A stretch of 32,000 bases of DNA from Candidatus Nanoarchaeia archaeon (GTDB lineage Archaea; Nanobdellota; Nanobdellia; CSSed11-243R1), in the NCBI GenBank assembly GCA_028713895.1, contig JAQTNH010000001.1, positions 157,050 through 189,049 of the forward strand, in the 5' to 3' direction. The notes beneath the pieces are model-generated. The model saw only the letters and a list, made by a program, of their open reading frames with translations, was not told the DNA's origin and did not search any database. Within the stretch, counting starts at the first letter, position 1. Every line of letters begins with the position of its first letter. Made by a program: the position numbers and the translations under genes. This document shows, piece by piece, positions 7,265-14,590 of this stretch.

Positions 7265-9097
7265 ATGACAAACCTTGGCAGCTTAATCAAAAAGCCCATT
7301 AGATACCTTAAAAAAAGAAGCAAGGTAAAGAGGGAAATGCGCAAGTTCGGCAAAAAGCATAATCTTGACTTTTCTTACATGAAATCGGGTTCTAAAGAGT
7401 TTGGATACAGCATTGGGAAGCTGTGTGACATGCCAAAAGAAGAAAGAACCGAGGTTTACAATGAAGTAAACTCTGTTTACCTCAGGAACGTTGAAATCGG
7501 GCCTGTATCCAGAAATCCGCTGAATCGTAAAAACCCCAGGGAAGCCTATGCAGAAGCTTTTGAGAACCATAGCAATCACATGATAGCCTGCGACGAGGAA
7601 GATGCAAAAGGCACAACACGAATAGAGAGAATATCCAAGCAAATAGCCAAAGCGTTTAAGGGTTTCAAAAAGAGGCATCCGCGGATTGTAGAAGTTGCGC
7701 GCTACACAGCAGCGATAGCTCTTGGCGTATTGATGCCCCTGAGCGGCATAAACATGTACAACGACTATCATTCTTATCTCTGTGACGACAAAACAATAAA
7801 CGTAAGCACAAGAGAAGCCGCAAAAAATATGCATTTTGATGAGCTCAACCTGGTTGAGGTGAAAAATAACAGCTCTGAAGCGCCTTATTTTGATTTTGAT
7901 ACAGGAAGCGGGGTGCTGACAGAAAGGATAGACCTCACAGGGGTAGAAAATCTAAACGGCACATCTTATACTATCGCAGACATAACAAGGAACCATCTTA
8001 GGGTAGCAGTCAACCACCCGACAGATATGGATAATCTTACTGAAGAGAACGTCAACAAAATGTTCAAAGACATGGGCTATAACATACAACTTAAGTTTGA
8101 CGCTACAAAAAACGAAACAGACGATTGTAATCCCCATTTTTCAGGGACTGATGGAAGCATTGATGCAGACGCGCATCTGTCCAAAAGTTCTGATAACGCA
8201 GAAAAGACAATTGTCCTGCACATAAAATATGATATACACAATGAAACACAAATCAGGGAAGTGCTTGATGATTTGCACAGCAAGAAGCTGGTGACAGAAA
8301 ATGCAGACGACCTCGTAAAGCTGATTGGCGAATATCCTGTGGTTTCCAATGAAGAAATAAACAAAACACTGGGCGCTGCCAAATTTGTCAAATACTGGGA
8401 GCTGCCGAACGGGGAACCCAGCTCCAATGCAACAGAGTATATCATAAAAAATGGGGTAAATGCCAAAACTAATCTGATATATGACGGCGAGTTTGAAAAG
8501 TGGAGCAAATCAAACAAGGATGTCCTGGAGAACGGCTCGCTGGTTGAGGTTCTTGAGTCCATTGATGATTATGTCTCGATGACAAGCGAATACAAGACAT
8601 CCGAACCAAGATTTATGTGCGTGGATTATACTGATAAATACATATTTGCGTTTAATGAAGCAAAAAAAACAAACAAAAATATGCAGGGGGCAGCAGCCTT
8701 TAAAGTTTATTCCACAAAAGCAGTATACGACACAGCTTCTGAGGGCCATGTATACGTGGGCGTAATGAGCGCATCCGGAGATAATCTGTATGTGTCTTTT
8801 GTTGACCCGACATTTTCAGACACCAAACATGCGCTAACCGAAATTTTTATAGACCCTTACAACACATTAACCAATGGAATCTCGGAAAAAGAAAATTTTG
8901 ATGCGCTTGACGGGACTCATCATATTGCGGTTAACAGTTCTCCTAAACTAGAAGCGCGTGCAGAAGCTGCAAAAGAACGCGCGATTATAACTGGCGGTTT
9001 GCAGATTTCTGCAGAAATTGCGGGCATTGCTGCAGCGACATGCGCATTCAGAGACAAAAAGTCAGAAAAAGCTAAACCAAAAAATGCTGGCGGCTAA
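7265..9097 (+). CDS. membrane protein with a transglutaminase-like (papain-fold Cys-His-Asp) domain, paralog 1
   Basis: FMCVDYT...(43 aa)...EGHVYVGV...(19 aa)...YVSFVDPTFSD matches the C / H / D-P-T order and spacing of the transglutaminase-core superfamily. Hydrophobic segments VARYTAAIALGVLMPLSGI and IITGGLQISAEIAGIAAATCAF. Basic tail ..KAKPKNAGG. Confidence 0.85.
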   Translation: MTNLGSLIKKPIRYLKKRSKVKREMRKFGKKHNLDFSYMKSGSKEFGYSIGKLCDMPKEERTEVYNEVNSVYLRNVEIGPVSRNPLNRKNPREAYAEAFENHSNHMIACDEEDAKGTTRIERISKQIAKAFKGFKKRHPRIVEVARYTAAIALGVLMPLSGINMYNDYHSYLCDDKTINVSTREAAKNMHFDELNLVEVKNNSSEAPYFDFDTGSGVLTERIDLTGVENLNGTSYTIADITRNHLRVAVNHPTDMDNLTEENVNKMFKDMGYNIQLKFDATKNETDDCNPHFSGTDGSIDADAHLSKSSDNAEKTIVLHIKYDIHNETQIREVLDDLHSKKLVTENADDLVKLIGEYPVVSNEEINKTLGAAKFVKYWELPNGEPSSNATEYIIKNGVNAKTNLIYDGEFEKWSKSNKDVLENGSLVEVLESIDDYVSMTSEYKTSEPRFMCVDYTDKYIFAFNEAKKTNKNMQGAAAFKVYSTKAVYDTASEGHVYVGVMSASGDNLYVSFVDPTFSDTKHALTEIFIDPYNTLTNGISEKENFDALDGTHHIAVNSSPKLEARAEAAKERAIITGGLQISAEIAGIAAATCAFRDKKSEKAKPKNAGG

Positions 9098-9099
9098 AA

Positions 9100-9726
9100 A
9101 TGGCATTCAAAAAACCAGCAGGGAAAAGAGAAGTTTTCGAGGAACTGTTCAGGCCTGTCAATGAGTTTTCTGAAATTGAGGAAGAAGTTAAACGCGTGTA
9201 CGCCTCAAATTTTAACCGCAGATTTCCTGAGAACTACAGTATCTCAATTATAGATGAGCGGCAATTCGCAAAATTAGATGCAGAGTGCTCTAAGATAAAG
9301 ATTGGACTTGGCGATTTTGATATGATAGTCCCTAGGGGCACCCCTGAGTTAGTCCAAACAATATCGGACAGGGGCCAAATTTATGAAAACGGGTATTTGC
9401 TCAAAGGAATTTCAAAGCTGTTTGCAATATCTCTTGCTTTTCATGCAATAGGGCACATGGAAACGGGTTTGGCAACTTTTGGGGCAAAAGATCGATTAAA
9501 ATCAGAGATTTTTGCATATGTCTGCCAGGATGAAATAACTGGAGAATATCTGATAATGAATGGACTCTGTGGATTTAATGCAGGCTTTATGGAAAATGCT
9601 TGGTATTCAACTGATGAATACCACAAAAAAGCATGGGAGTTTGCAAAGAAATTCCAGACAGTGCCATGGAGCCTAGAGAAGATAAAGGAGCATATCCTGC
9701 TTGAGGACAGTTTTAGGGAGCAATAG
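9100..9726 (+). CDS. hypothetical protein (208 aa), partner of paralog 1
   Basis: ATG is 2 nt after the upstream stop. No family recognised (contains AFHAIGHMETG). Confidence 0.8.
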   Translation: MAFKKPAGKREVFEELFRPVNEFSEIEEEVKRVYASNFNRRFPENYSISIIDERQFAKLDAECSKIKIGLGDFDMIVPRGTPELVQTISDRGQIYENGYLLKGISKLFAISLAFHAIGHMETGLATFGAKDRLKSEIFAYVCQDEITGEYLIMNGLCGFNAGFMENAWYSTDEYHKKAWEFAKKFQTVPWSLEKIKEHILLEDSFREQ

Positions 9727-9755
9727 GATTATACCCGTTTAAAAAGCAGCCCGGG

Positions 9756-9793
9756 CGCTTTCGAAAGGCTTATAAGTTACTACTGCTTAGTAG
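9756..9793 (+). promoter_or_regulatory. BRE/TATA promoter + CTACT-n4-AGTAG palindrome (second transglutaminase-like gene)
   Basis: gcgctttcgaaaggcttataag (9756-9776), then ctact gctt agtag (9780-9793), with ATG at 9800. The gene looks leaderless. Confidence 0.65.
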
Positions 9794-9799
9794 CCATTT

Positions 9800-11446
9800 A
9801 TGGAAGGCAAACGAATAAAACCATGGGAGTATAACCAGGTTATACCCGCAGATCCTGATACCCATGATAAACTTCTTGAAGAACATCTTAAGCACATGGA
9901 TGAATGCGACAAAGAAGAAAAGAATGAGCCTGTTTTTTTCAAAAAGATTAAAAAAAAGATAAACAAAATAAACAAAAAGATTGACGATTTCAGTGAAAAA
10001 CACCGCCGCATTTCTGCAGCCCTTGAATGCGCGGCTGTTGCTGGAACAGGAGCCTTGATTGTTTTTAGCTCTGCACACGGGCTTTTCCATGACAATAATA
10101 CAAATGAGACATACTTTCCGGATTACATAGGAACAGACCATTCTGTGGACATATCCACAGAGCATGCCTCGCATTCCGGATTGAGTCTGGAAGAGCTGGA
10201 CTTGGTGAACATAACAACACATAAAGGGATTTGTTTAAACTCAACAACAGAAACTGATTTGGGAGACACCATAGACAAAACGATTATGCCTGATGCACAG
10301 AGTGTGCGTGGTGATTTGATATGTTCAAAGAGGAGTGTTAGTTACTGCATCAACATGAATGGAATCCCCAATTTTGAGTTAAATGAAACAATCGCAAAGT
10401 CATTACTCGAAAAAATAGGTTACAGTGAGCTGGAAAGAGTCAACAGCACACAGGCAGGCAGCATGAAATTCACTAGCAAGGATGGGTGCATTGGGTTCTT
10501 AATGAATGAATATCCGTCCAGCGATTCAAAAAAGGACCTGATTGTCCATATAGAGCTAAGCAGGCTTAACATGCAGGAGCTCAAGGACAATCTGAAAATG
10601 ATGTATAACAACAGCATGGTCCCAAAAGTCTTAATTGATCCGGGCATGGCTATCTTATCGCATGTGTTAAGAGAAACAACACCTGAAGAAGAAAAGATGA
10701 TTCCTGGAGTGAAAGAACTGTTGGACAATGCAACATTCATGAGATACTGGGAGCTGCCGACAGGAAAAGCCACAGCAGATGCGGCGAAAAACCTGACAAA
10801 AGCAACAGACATCAATGAGCCCAGACTGACTTATGAAAGAAATCAAAAGGACTTTGGGGAGTGGCTGAACAAAACAGGCAATTCTGACACAATCAAAAAC
10901 GGCTCTCTTACAGAGGTTTTAGAAACAATAGAGAAATTCACAAGTGAGTCTTATTCCTACAAGAAGGAAGGGAAACCAACTGATTTTGTATGCACGGACT
11001 ATACTGTAGCATATATATCCGCGTTTAATGATGCAAAAAGGATGAACCCTGACCTTGAAAATGTCTATGCAACAGCAGCAAGGAGTTCAAGAGGCTTAAA
11101 TGAAATAGAGGGGCACGCTTATGTAAAATTGGTCTCGGTAGTAGGAAACAAGATGTACGTTTCCTTTGTTGACCCGACATATTCAGACGATGATGGAAGG
11201 GCTAAACTGGACAAAAATGAATTTGATGCGTGGGACAAAGAACATTACATAACAATGCTTAGTGACGCGGTTCCAAAGGATGCAAAAGTAGACTACAATG
11301 AACATATTGACACCCATGAAAATGATTACACCAACCTGATTCGAAAAAGCATCGCTTATACAGCAGGCATGCTGGGGTATATCACAACAAAGTTCATGGA
11401 TTTCATGAAAGCAAAAAAAGTCAAAAAAGCGAGCCTGGCAGGATAG
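9800..11446 (+). CDS. membrane protein with a transglutaminase-like Cys-His-Asp domain, paralog 2
   Basis: FVCTDYT...EGHAYVKL...YVSFVDPTYSDDD. Shares RYWELPTG / KYWELPNG and NGSLTEVLE / NGSLVEVLE blocks with 7265-9097. Has an N-terminal TM segment (ISAALECAAVAGTGALIVFSSA) and ends ..KVKKASLAG. Confidence 0.85.
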   Translation: MEGKRIKPWEYNQVIPADPDTHDKLLEEHLKHMDECDKEEKNEPVFFKKIKKKINKINKKIDDFSEKHRRISAALECAAVAGTGALIVFSSAHGLFHDNNTNETYFPDYIGTDHSVDISTEHASHSGLSLEELDLVNITTHKGICLNSTTETDLGDTIDKTIMPDAQSVRGDLICSKRSVSYCINMNGIPNFELNETIAKSLLEKIGYSELERVNSTQAGSMKFTSKDGCIGFLMNEYPSSDSKKDLIVHIELSRLNMQELKDNLKMMYNNSMVPKVLIDPGMAILSHVLRETTPEEEKMIPGVKELLDNATFMRYWELPTGKATADAAKNLTKATDINEPRLTYERNQKDFGEWLNKTGNSDTIKNGSLTEVLETIEKFTSESYSYKKEGKPTDFVCTDYTVAYISAFNDAKRMNPDLENVYATAARSSRGLNEIEGHAYVKLVSVVGNKMYVSFVDPTYSDDDGRAKLDKNEFDAWDKEHYITMLSDAVPKDAKVDYNEHIDTHENDYTNLIRKSIAYTAGMLGYITTKFMDFMKAKKVKKASLAG

Positions 11447-11449
11447 ATT

Positions 11450-11953
11450 ATGAAATTTGACGAAATAAAAAAATTTGCAAAGGAATATTACAGTAAGAAC
11501 AAGCTAGATGGAAAATTCGAAACAGACAAGTTTAATGAGGGTGCGGGGATATACTGCGGGGACAACCTCACAGACGGATTCTTCATGGAATACAGCGGCA
11601 AAGAACCAGATGTTGTCTTTGTATACAGCGCATTTTTCCTGCACAGGGAAATGAATTCTGCCGCTGCAAAAAGAATTGCAGAAAAGGCCCATGAAGAATT
11701 TGGGATTGAAGTAAACGTGCAACATGAAGGGCTCAAGCCTCAGGGCGCAAAATTTCTGAAACACAGATATAGGGGACAGCTGGATGTTTTAAGTTATACG
11801 ACTATCGCATACAAAATGGATGAGCTGGAACAAGCAGCTAATGCCGTGCTGACATGCAGAAACAAGCACCCGAAAAAGATACATGTGCTGGATATAATGA
11901 AAAAAATGCCTGCATGGCAGGATTTCCTTAAACAGGAATACGGGAGCGATTAG
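11450..11953 (+). CDS. hypothetical protein (167 aa), partner of paralog 2
   Basis: ATG is 3 nt after the upstream stop. No family recognised and no obvious similarity to 9100-9726. Confidence 0.8.
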   Translation: MKFDEIKKFAKEYYSKNKLDGKFETDKFNEGAGIYCGDNLTDGFFMEYSGKEPDVVFVYSAFFLHREMNSAAAKRIAEKAHEEFGIEVNVQHEGLKPQGAKFLKHRYRGQLDVLSYTTIAYKMDELEQAANAVLTCRNKHPKKIHVLDIMKKMPAWQDFLKQEYGSD

Positions 11954-12055
11954 GGCGGATTAAAGATTTTACAAAGAATAATTTTCAAGAACCCAAAATA
12001 AGAACTAAAGATTAATAAAGCAAAAAAAACCTTCTTTTATTTACCGTGTTTAAGT

Positions 12056-12127
12056 GGGCTAGTGGCGCAACGGTAGCGCGTCCGCCTTGCACGCGGGAGG
12101 CTGAGGGTTCGAATCCCTCCTGGTCCA
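12056..12127 (+). tRNA. tRNA-Ala (anticodon UGC), no intron, CCA not encoded
   Basis: Hand-folded cloverleaf: acceptor gggctag/ctggtcc with the G3:U70 alanine identity pair; D stem gcgc/gcgc; anticodon stem tccgc/gcggg with loop ctTGCac; T arm gaggg-ttcgaat-ccctc; discriminator A. Confidence 0.92.
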
Positions 12128-12130
12128 CTA

Positions 12131-12170
12131 ATCTTTTCTCTTGTAAGAGAAAACATTAATGAAAAGAGAA
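12131..12170 (+). terminator. T-rich hairpin + ACATTA element (copy after tRNA-Ala)
   Basis: ttttctcttgtaagagaaaa followed by cattaatgaaaagagaa. A further hairpin ctttcttttcgcaaaagaaag lies at 12195-12215. Confidence 0.5.
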
Positions 12171-12221
12171 CGTTAGGTTTTCTTTCAGTACAGGCTTTCT
12201 TTTCGCAAAAGAAAGGGTGTT

Positions 12222-12244
12222 TGCGAATTCATCCTGGTCCACTA
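12222..12244 (+). repeat. partial duplicate of the tRNA-Ala 3' end
   Basis: tgcgaattcatcctggtccacta versus ttcgaatccctcctggtccacta (12108-12130): 20/23 identical, last 13 nt identical. It is again followed by a T-rich hairpin (12245-12268). Confidence 0.6.
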
Positions 12245-12270
12245 TTTTTCTTTTTCACTAAAAGAAATAC

Positions 12271-12284
12271 AAAAGATTATAAAG
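12271..12284 (+). promoter_or_regulatory. TATA box for 12331 gene
   Basis: aaaagattataaag. An SD-like gggtgat sits 6 nt upstream of ATG 12331. Confidence 0.45.
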
Positions 12285-12330
12285 AGTTCATTAATTAAAC
12301 TATTAGGCGAGGTCTTCAGGGTGATTAGTA

Positions 12331-12876
12331 ATGTACATAACTTATAAAACTGATAAAATTGTCCAAAAAGAAAAATTAGAGAATGTTCTGCAGGATTTAA
12401 CCAAATTTGCTAAACAAGAGCATGATGTAGATTTAGATTTAAACTGCAGAGTAATCCCCTCTGATGTTGTCAACGAATTGGCAGGCGAATGCCAGTCTTA
12501 CACGTCATATTATAACCCTCCCAGCACTAATAAAGAGAAGATAAAAGATATTTTGCTATTGCCTCTTTCGGTAATAAATGATATATTAATATTGGGAAGT
12601 TCACATTCAGAATTTCATCCTGTCTTCGGTTCAACCAGGCTTCTGTATAATATACTGCAATCATACGACTCATTTTGGGTAGCTGATGATTGTGCTAAAA
12701 AACCGAAATCGTTTGCTTCAGCTGTGGCATACGAAGTAGGGTGTATTATCGCAAAACGCAGTTTAGACATGGATTATGACAGGGATATACGGGATTTTGC
12801 TGAGGGTTTTGAAAAAAAATTTATTAAAAATGCCGGAGTCCTTAAAAAGCAACGGGTAGTCTCAGCAAGTACTTAG
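12331..12876 (+). CDS. hypothetical protein (181 aa)
   Basis: ORF with an SD-like site and a TATA box. No family recognised. Confidence 0.75.
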   Translation: MYITYKTDKIVQKEKLENVLQDLTKFAKQEHDVDLDLNCRVIPSDVVNELAGECQSYTSYYNPPSTNKEKIKDILLLPLSVINDILILGSSHSEFHPVFGSTRLLYNILQSYDSFWVADDCAKKPKSFASAVAYEVGCIIAKRSLDMDYDRDIRDFAEGFEKKFIKNAGVLKKQRVVSAST

Positions 12877-12900
12877 AAAAACATTAACTAAAAAGAAACA
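12876..12900 (+). terminator. ACATTA element copy after the 12331 gene
   Basis: gaaaaacattaactaaaaagaaaca lies immediately after the stop codon. Confidence 0.35.
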
Positions 12901-12988
12901 TGTTATGTTTTCTAAAAAGGAAACTCTTTTAAACACTTTATCTGTTGAGTTGTTCGGTGGGGTTCTGTGAGGCTGAAAGAGCTAGACA

Positions 12989-13032
12989 GAAAGCTTTATA
13001 AGGAATAATTAACTACTCTATAGTAGTTAATT
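12989..13032 (+). promoter_or_regulatory. TATA box plus perfect 11-bp inverted repeat (candidate operator)
   Basis: gaaagctttataagg (12989-13003), then aattaactact-ctat-agtagttaatt (13007-13032), then SD ggggtga and ATG 13044. Confidence 0.6.
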
Positions 13033-13043
13033 GGGGTGAATTA

Positions 13044-14399
13044 ATGGCTAAAGGAAGCAATAAAAGTTATACAGAAGAGTACATACGGAGAACGCTAGGC
13101 AAAAATATCGACGGCACACCCATACAAAAGCCAAAAGTCGTTCCTGCTGTAGCCCCAAAAATAGAACTTGAGAGCATTAATATTTCTATGATTCCAGAAA
13201 CTCCTAAAACAATAATGGTCCAGCCAGAGCCTCCAAAGGCTGCTTATGAACCTGTGGAAGCTCCAAAGGCAGATTATGCGCCTGCAGAAACTCCTGAGCC
13301 TGAAGCAGAAGAACCAGAAGAAGAGGAAAAGCCAGGACTGTTCCAAAGAGTTTTGAATGTGTTTGGACTGCAAAAGAAAGAACCTATTGATGATTATGAA
13401 ATGCCTGAAGACAGGAAGATGAAAATTCTTGAAGAAAACAGCAATGAAACGAAATTAAAAAAATTGCTTGCTGAAAAGGAAATAAAGCTGCCTGAAGAGG
13501 GAATGCAGATTTCTGACTTCGAAGAAATTGTAATTGAAAAAGAAATTTTGCCTGAACTTAAGCTTTATGAGGAACCTAAGATAGAGTGGGACCAACCCAA
13601 GGTAGAACCTCCAAAAATGTCTGTTACAAAAAAAGCAGTTACTAAGACACCAACACTACGAAAGGATTCTTTGGAGGTTTATGCCAAGACTATCCAGAAC
13701 GAGCTTGGACTTACTCTTGAGGACATAACAGGAAAGCCTTACACAGTTAAAGAGATTGATTCAAATTATCAGGCTTACAGTTTAAGGAAACAGAAGGCAA
13801 GCATAGGCGACAAGATTATAGACAGCGACAAGAGGGATGTAACACGAGTTATAGATTATTTTGACAAAAGGGCAGACAAATTAAGAGCGGATTTCCCGGA
13901 TGTAGATGACGAATACGGGTTTTATACAAAAGTATTGGATGATGTAATAAACACAGATTTTGAAAAAGAAGACCAAAATGGATGGTACACAATTGATGAA
14001 CTTGCAATGTCTGCGATGAACAAAAAGATAAACAAGATTAGAACAATTTATGCTGCAATGGACAAAGCGGACAAAAAGATAGAGGATTACGAACAAAAAT
14101 TAAGTGCTGATGCAATCAAGAAAAAGAAAGACGAATTATCCAATCTAAGCGAGCCTGAACAGGCTGAACGAATTATAAATTACAGAGAAACCAACCTTAT
14201 AAGCTTGGCTGGGTACAAAGAGATAAGAAAAAAGATGGACAATGTTATTGAATTGTATGGCTACCCAGATGTTAACAGAGCGTATAAAACTCTTAAGAAC
14301 AAGCAGTTCACATTTGAAAGCGAATATTTCAAGGATTTCGAAGACCAGAAATCAAGCCTGCTTGTTTTGGTAAGCGATTTGGACGAATTAGAAGATTAA
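13044..14399 (+). CDS. acidic Lys/Glu-rich protein with a Pro/Glu/Ala low-complexity N-terminal region (451 aa)
   Basis: Long ORF with a good SD. PKAAYEPVEAPKADYAPAETPEPEAEEPEEEEKP, then coiled-coil-like K/E-rich sequence. No family recognised. Confidence 0.85.
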   Translation: MAKGSNKSYTEEYIRRTLGKNIDGTPIQKPKVVPAVAPKIELESINISMIPETPKTIMVQPEPPKAAYEPVEAPKADYAPAETPEPEAEEPEEEEKPGLFQRVLNVFGLQKKEPIDDYEMPEDRKMKILEENSNETKLKKLLAEKEIKLPEEGMQISDFEEIVIEKEILPELKLYEEPKIEWDQPKVEPPKMSVTKKAVTKTPTLRKDSLEVYAKTIQNELGLTLEDITGKPYTVKEIDSNYQAYSLRKQKASIGDKIIDSDKRDVTRVIDYFDKRADKLRADFPDVDDEYGFYTKVLDDVINTDFEKEDQNGWYTIDELAMSAMNKKINKIRTIYAAMDKADKKIEDYEQKLSADAIKKKKDELSNLSEPEQAERIINYRETNLISLAGYKEIRKKMDNVIELYGYPDVNRAYKTLKNKQFTFESEYFKDFEDQKSSLLVLVSDLDELED

Positions 14400-14428
14400 A
14401 AAGAAAAATAGTTATCAGGGCGCGTTGC

Positions 14429-14444
14429 AAAAGCTTTATAAATG
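14429..14444 (+). promoter_or_regulatory. candidate BRE/TATA promoter for 23S rRNA
   Basis: aaaagctttataaatg shares the AAAGCTTTATAA core with 12989-13003. It lies about 120 nt upstream of the 23S processing stem. Confidence 0.5.
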
Positions 14445-14565
14445 AAAAATTCTACAAAAACTATACGCCTGATACATTGATATCAAGCATTGTGGGCTTC
14501 CACTATTCTGTTGAATTTGGGAGTGACTGGCATCCAATTAGGATGAATCTTTCATGCTAATGGTG

Positions 14566-14587
14566 CTGTGCATAGGAATGAATTGTA
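14566..14587 (+). other. 5' arm of the 23S processing stem (pairs with 17554-17575)
   Basis: ctgtgcataggaatgaattgta is the exact reverse complement of tacaattcattcctatgcacag (22/22). Confidence 0.8.
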
Positions 14588-14590
14588 CCA

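Noticed and set aside
7283-7834. Long antisense ORFs inside well-supported genes (7283-7834, 8077-8562, 10420-10815, 19912-20349, 20808-21218, 24656-25282, 25883-26431, 26973-27512, 30642-31271 and others)
   Set aside because: Each is antisense or out of frame to a gene with recognisable motifs or paralogy, and has a low-complexity or Cys/Phe/Leu-biased translation and no promoter or SD.
8390-11190. Possible DGR template/variable repeat pair between the two transglutaminase-like genes (17-nt and 16-nt identical stretches around 8392/10743 and 8799/11167)
   Set aside because: Similarity is ordinary paralog-level with substitutions at all bases, not adenine-specific. No reverse transcriptase gene is in the window.
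12056-12244. tRNA-Ala with a long non-canonical intron, using the second copy of the 3' end
   Set aside because: The first copy already completes a perfect 72-nt cloverleaf. The second copy lacks the T-stem complement (tcatc instead of ccctc).
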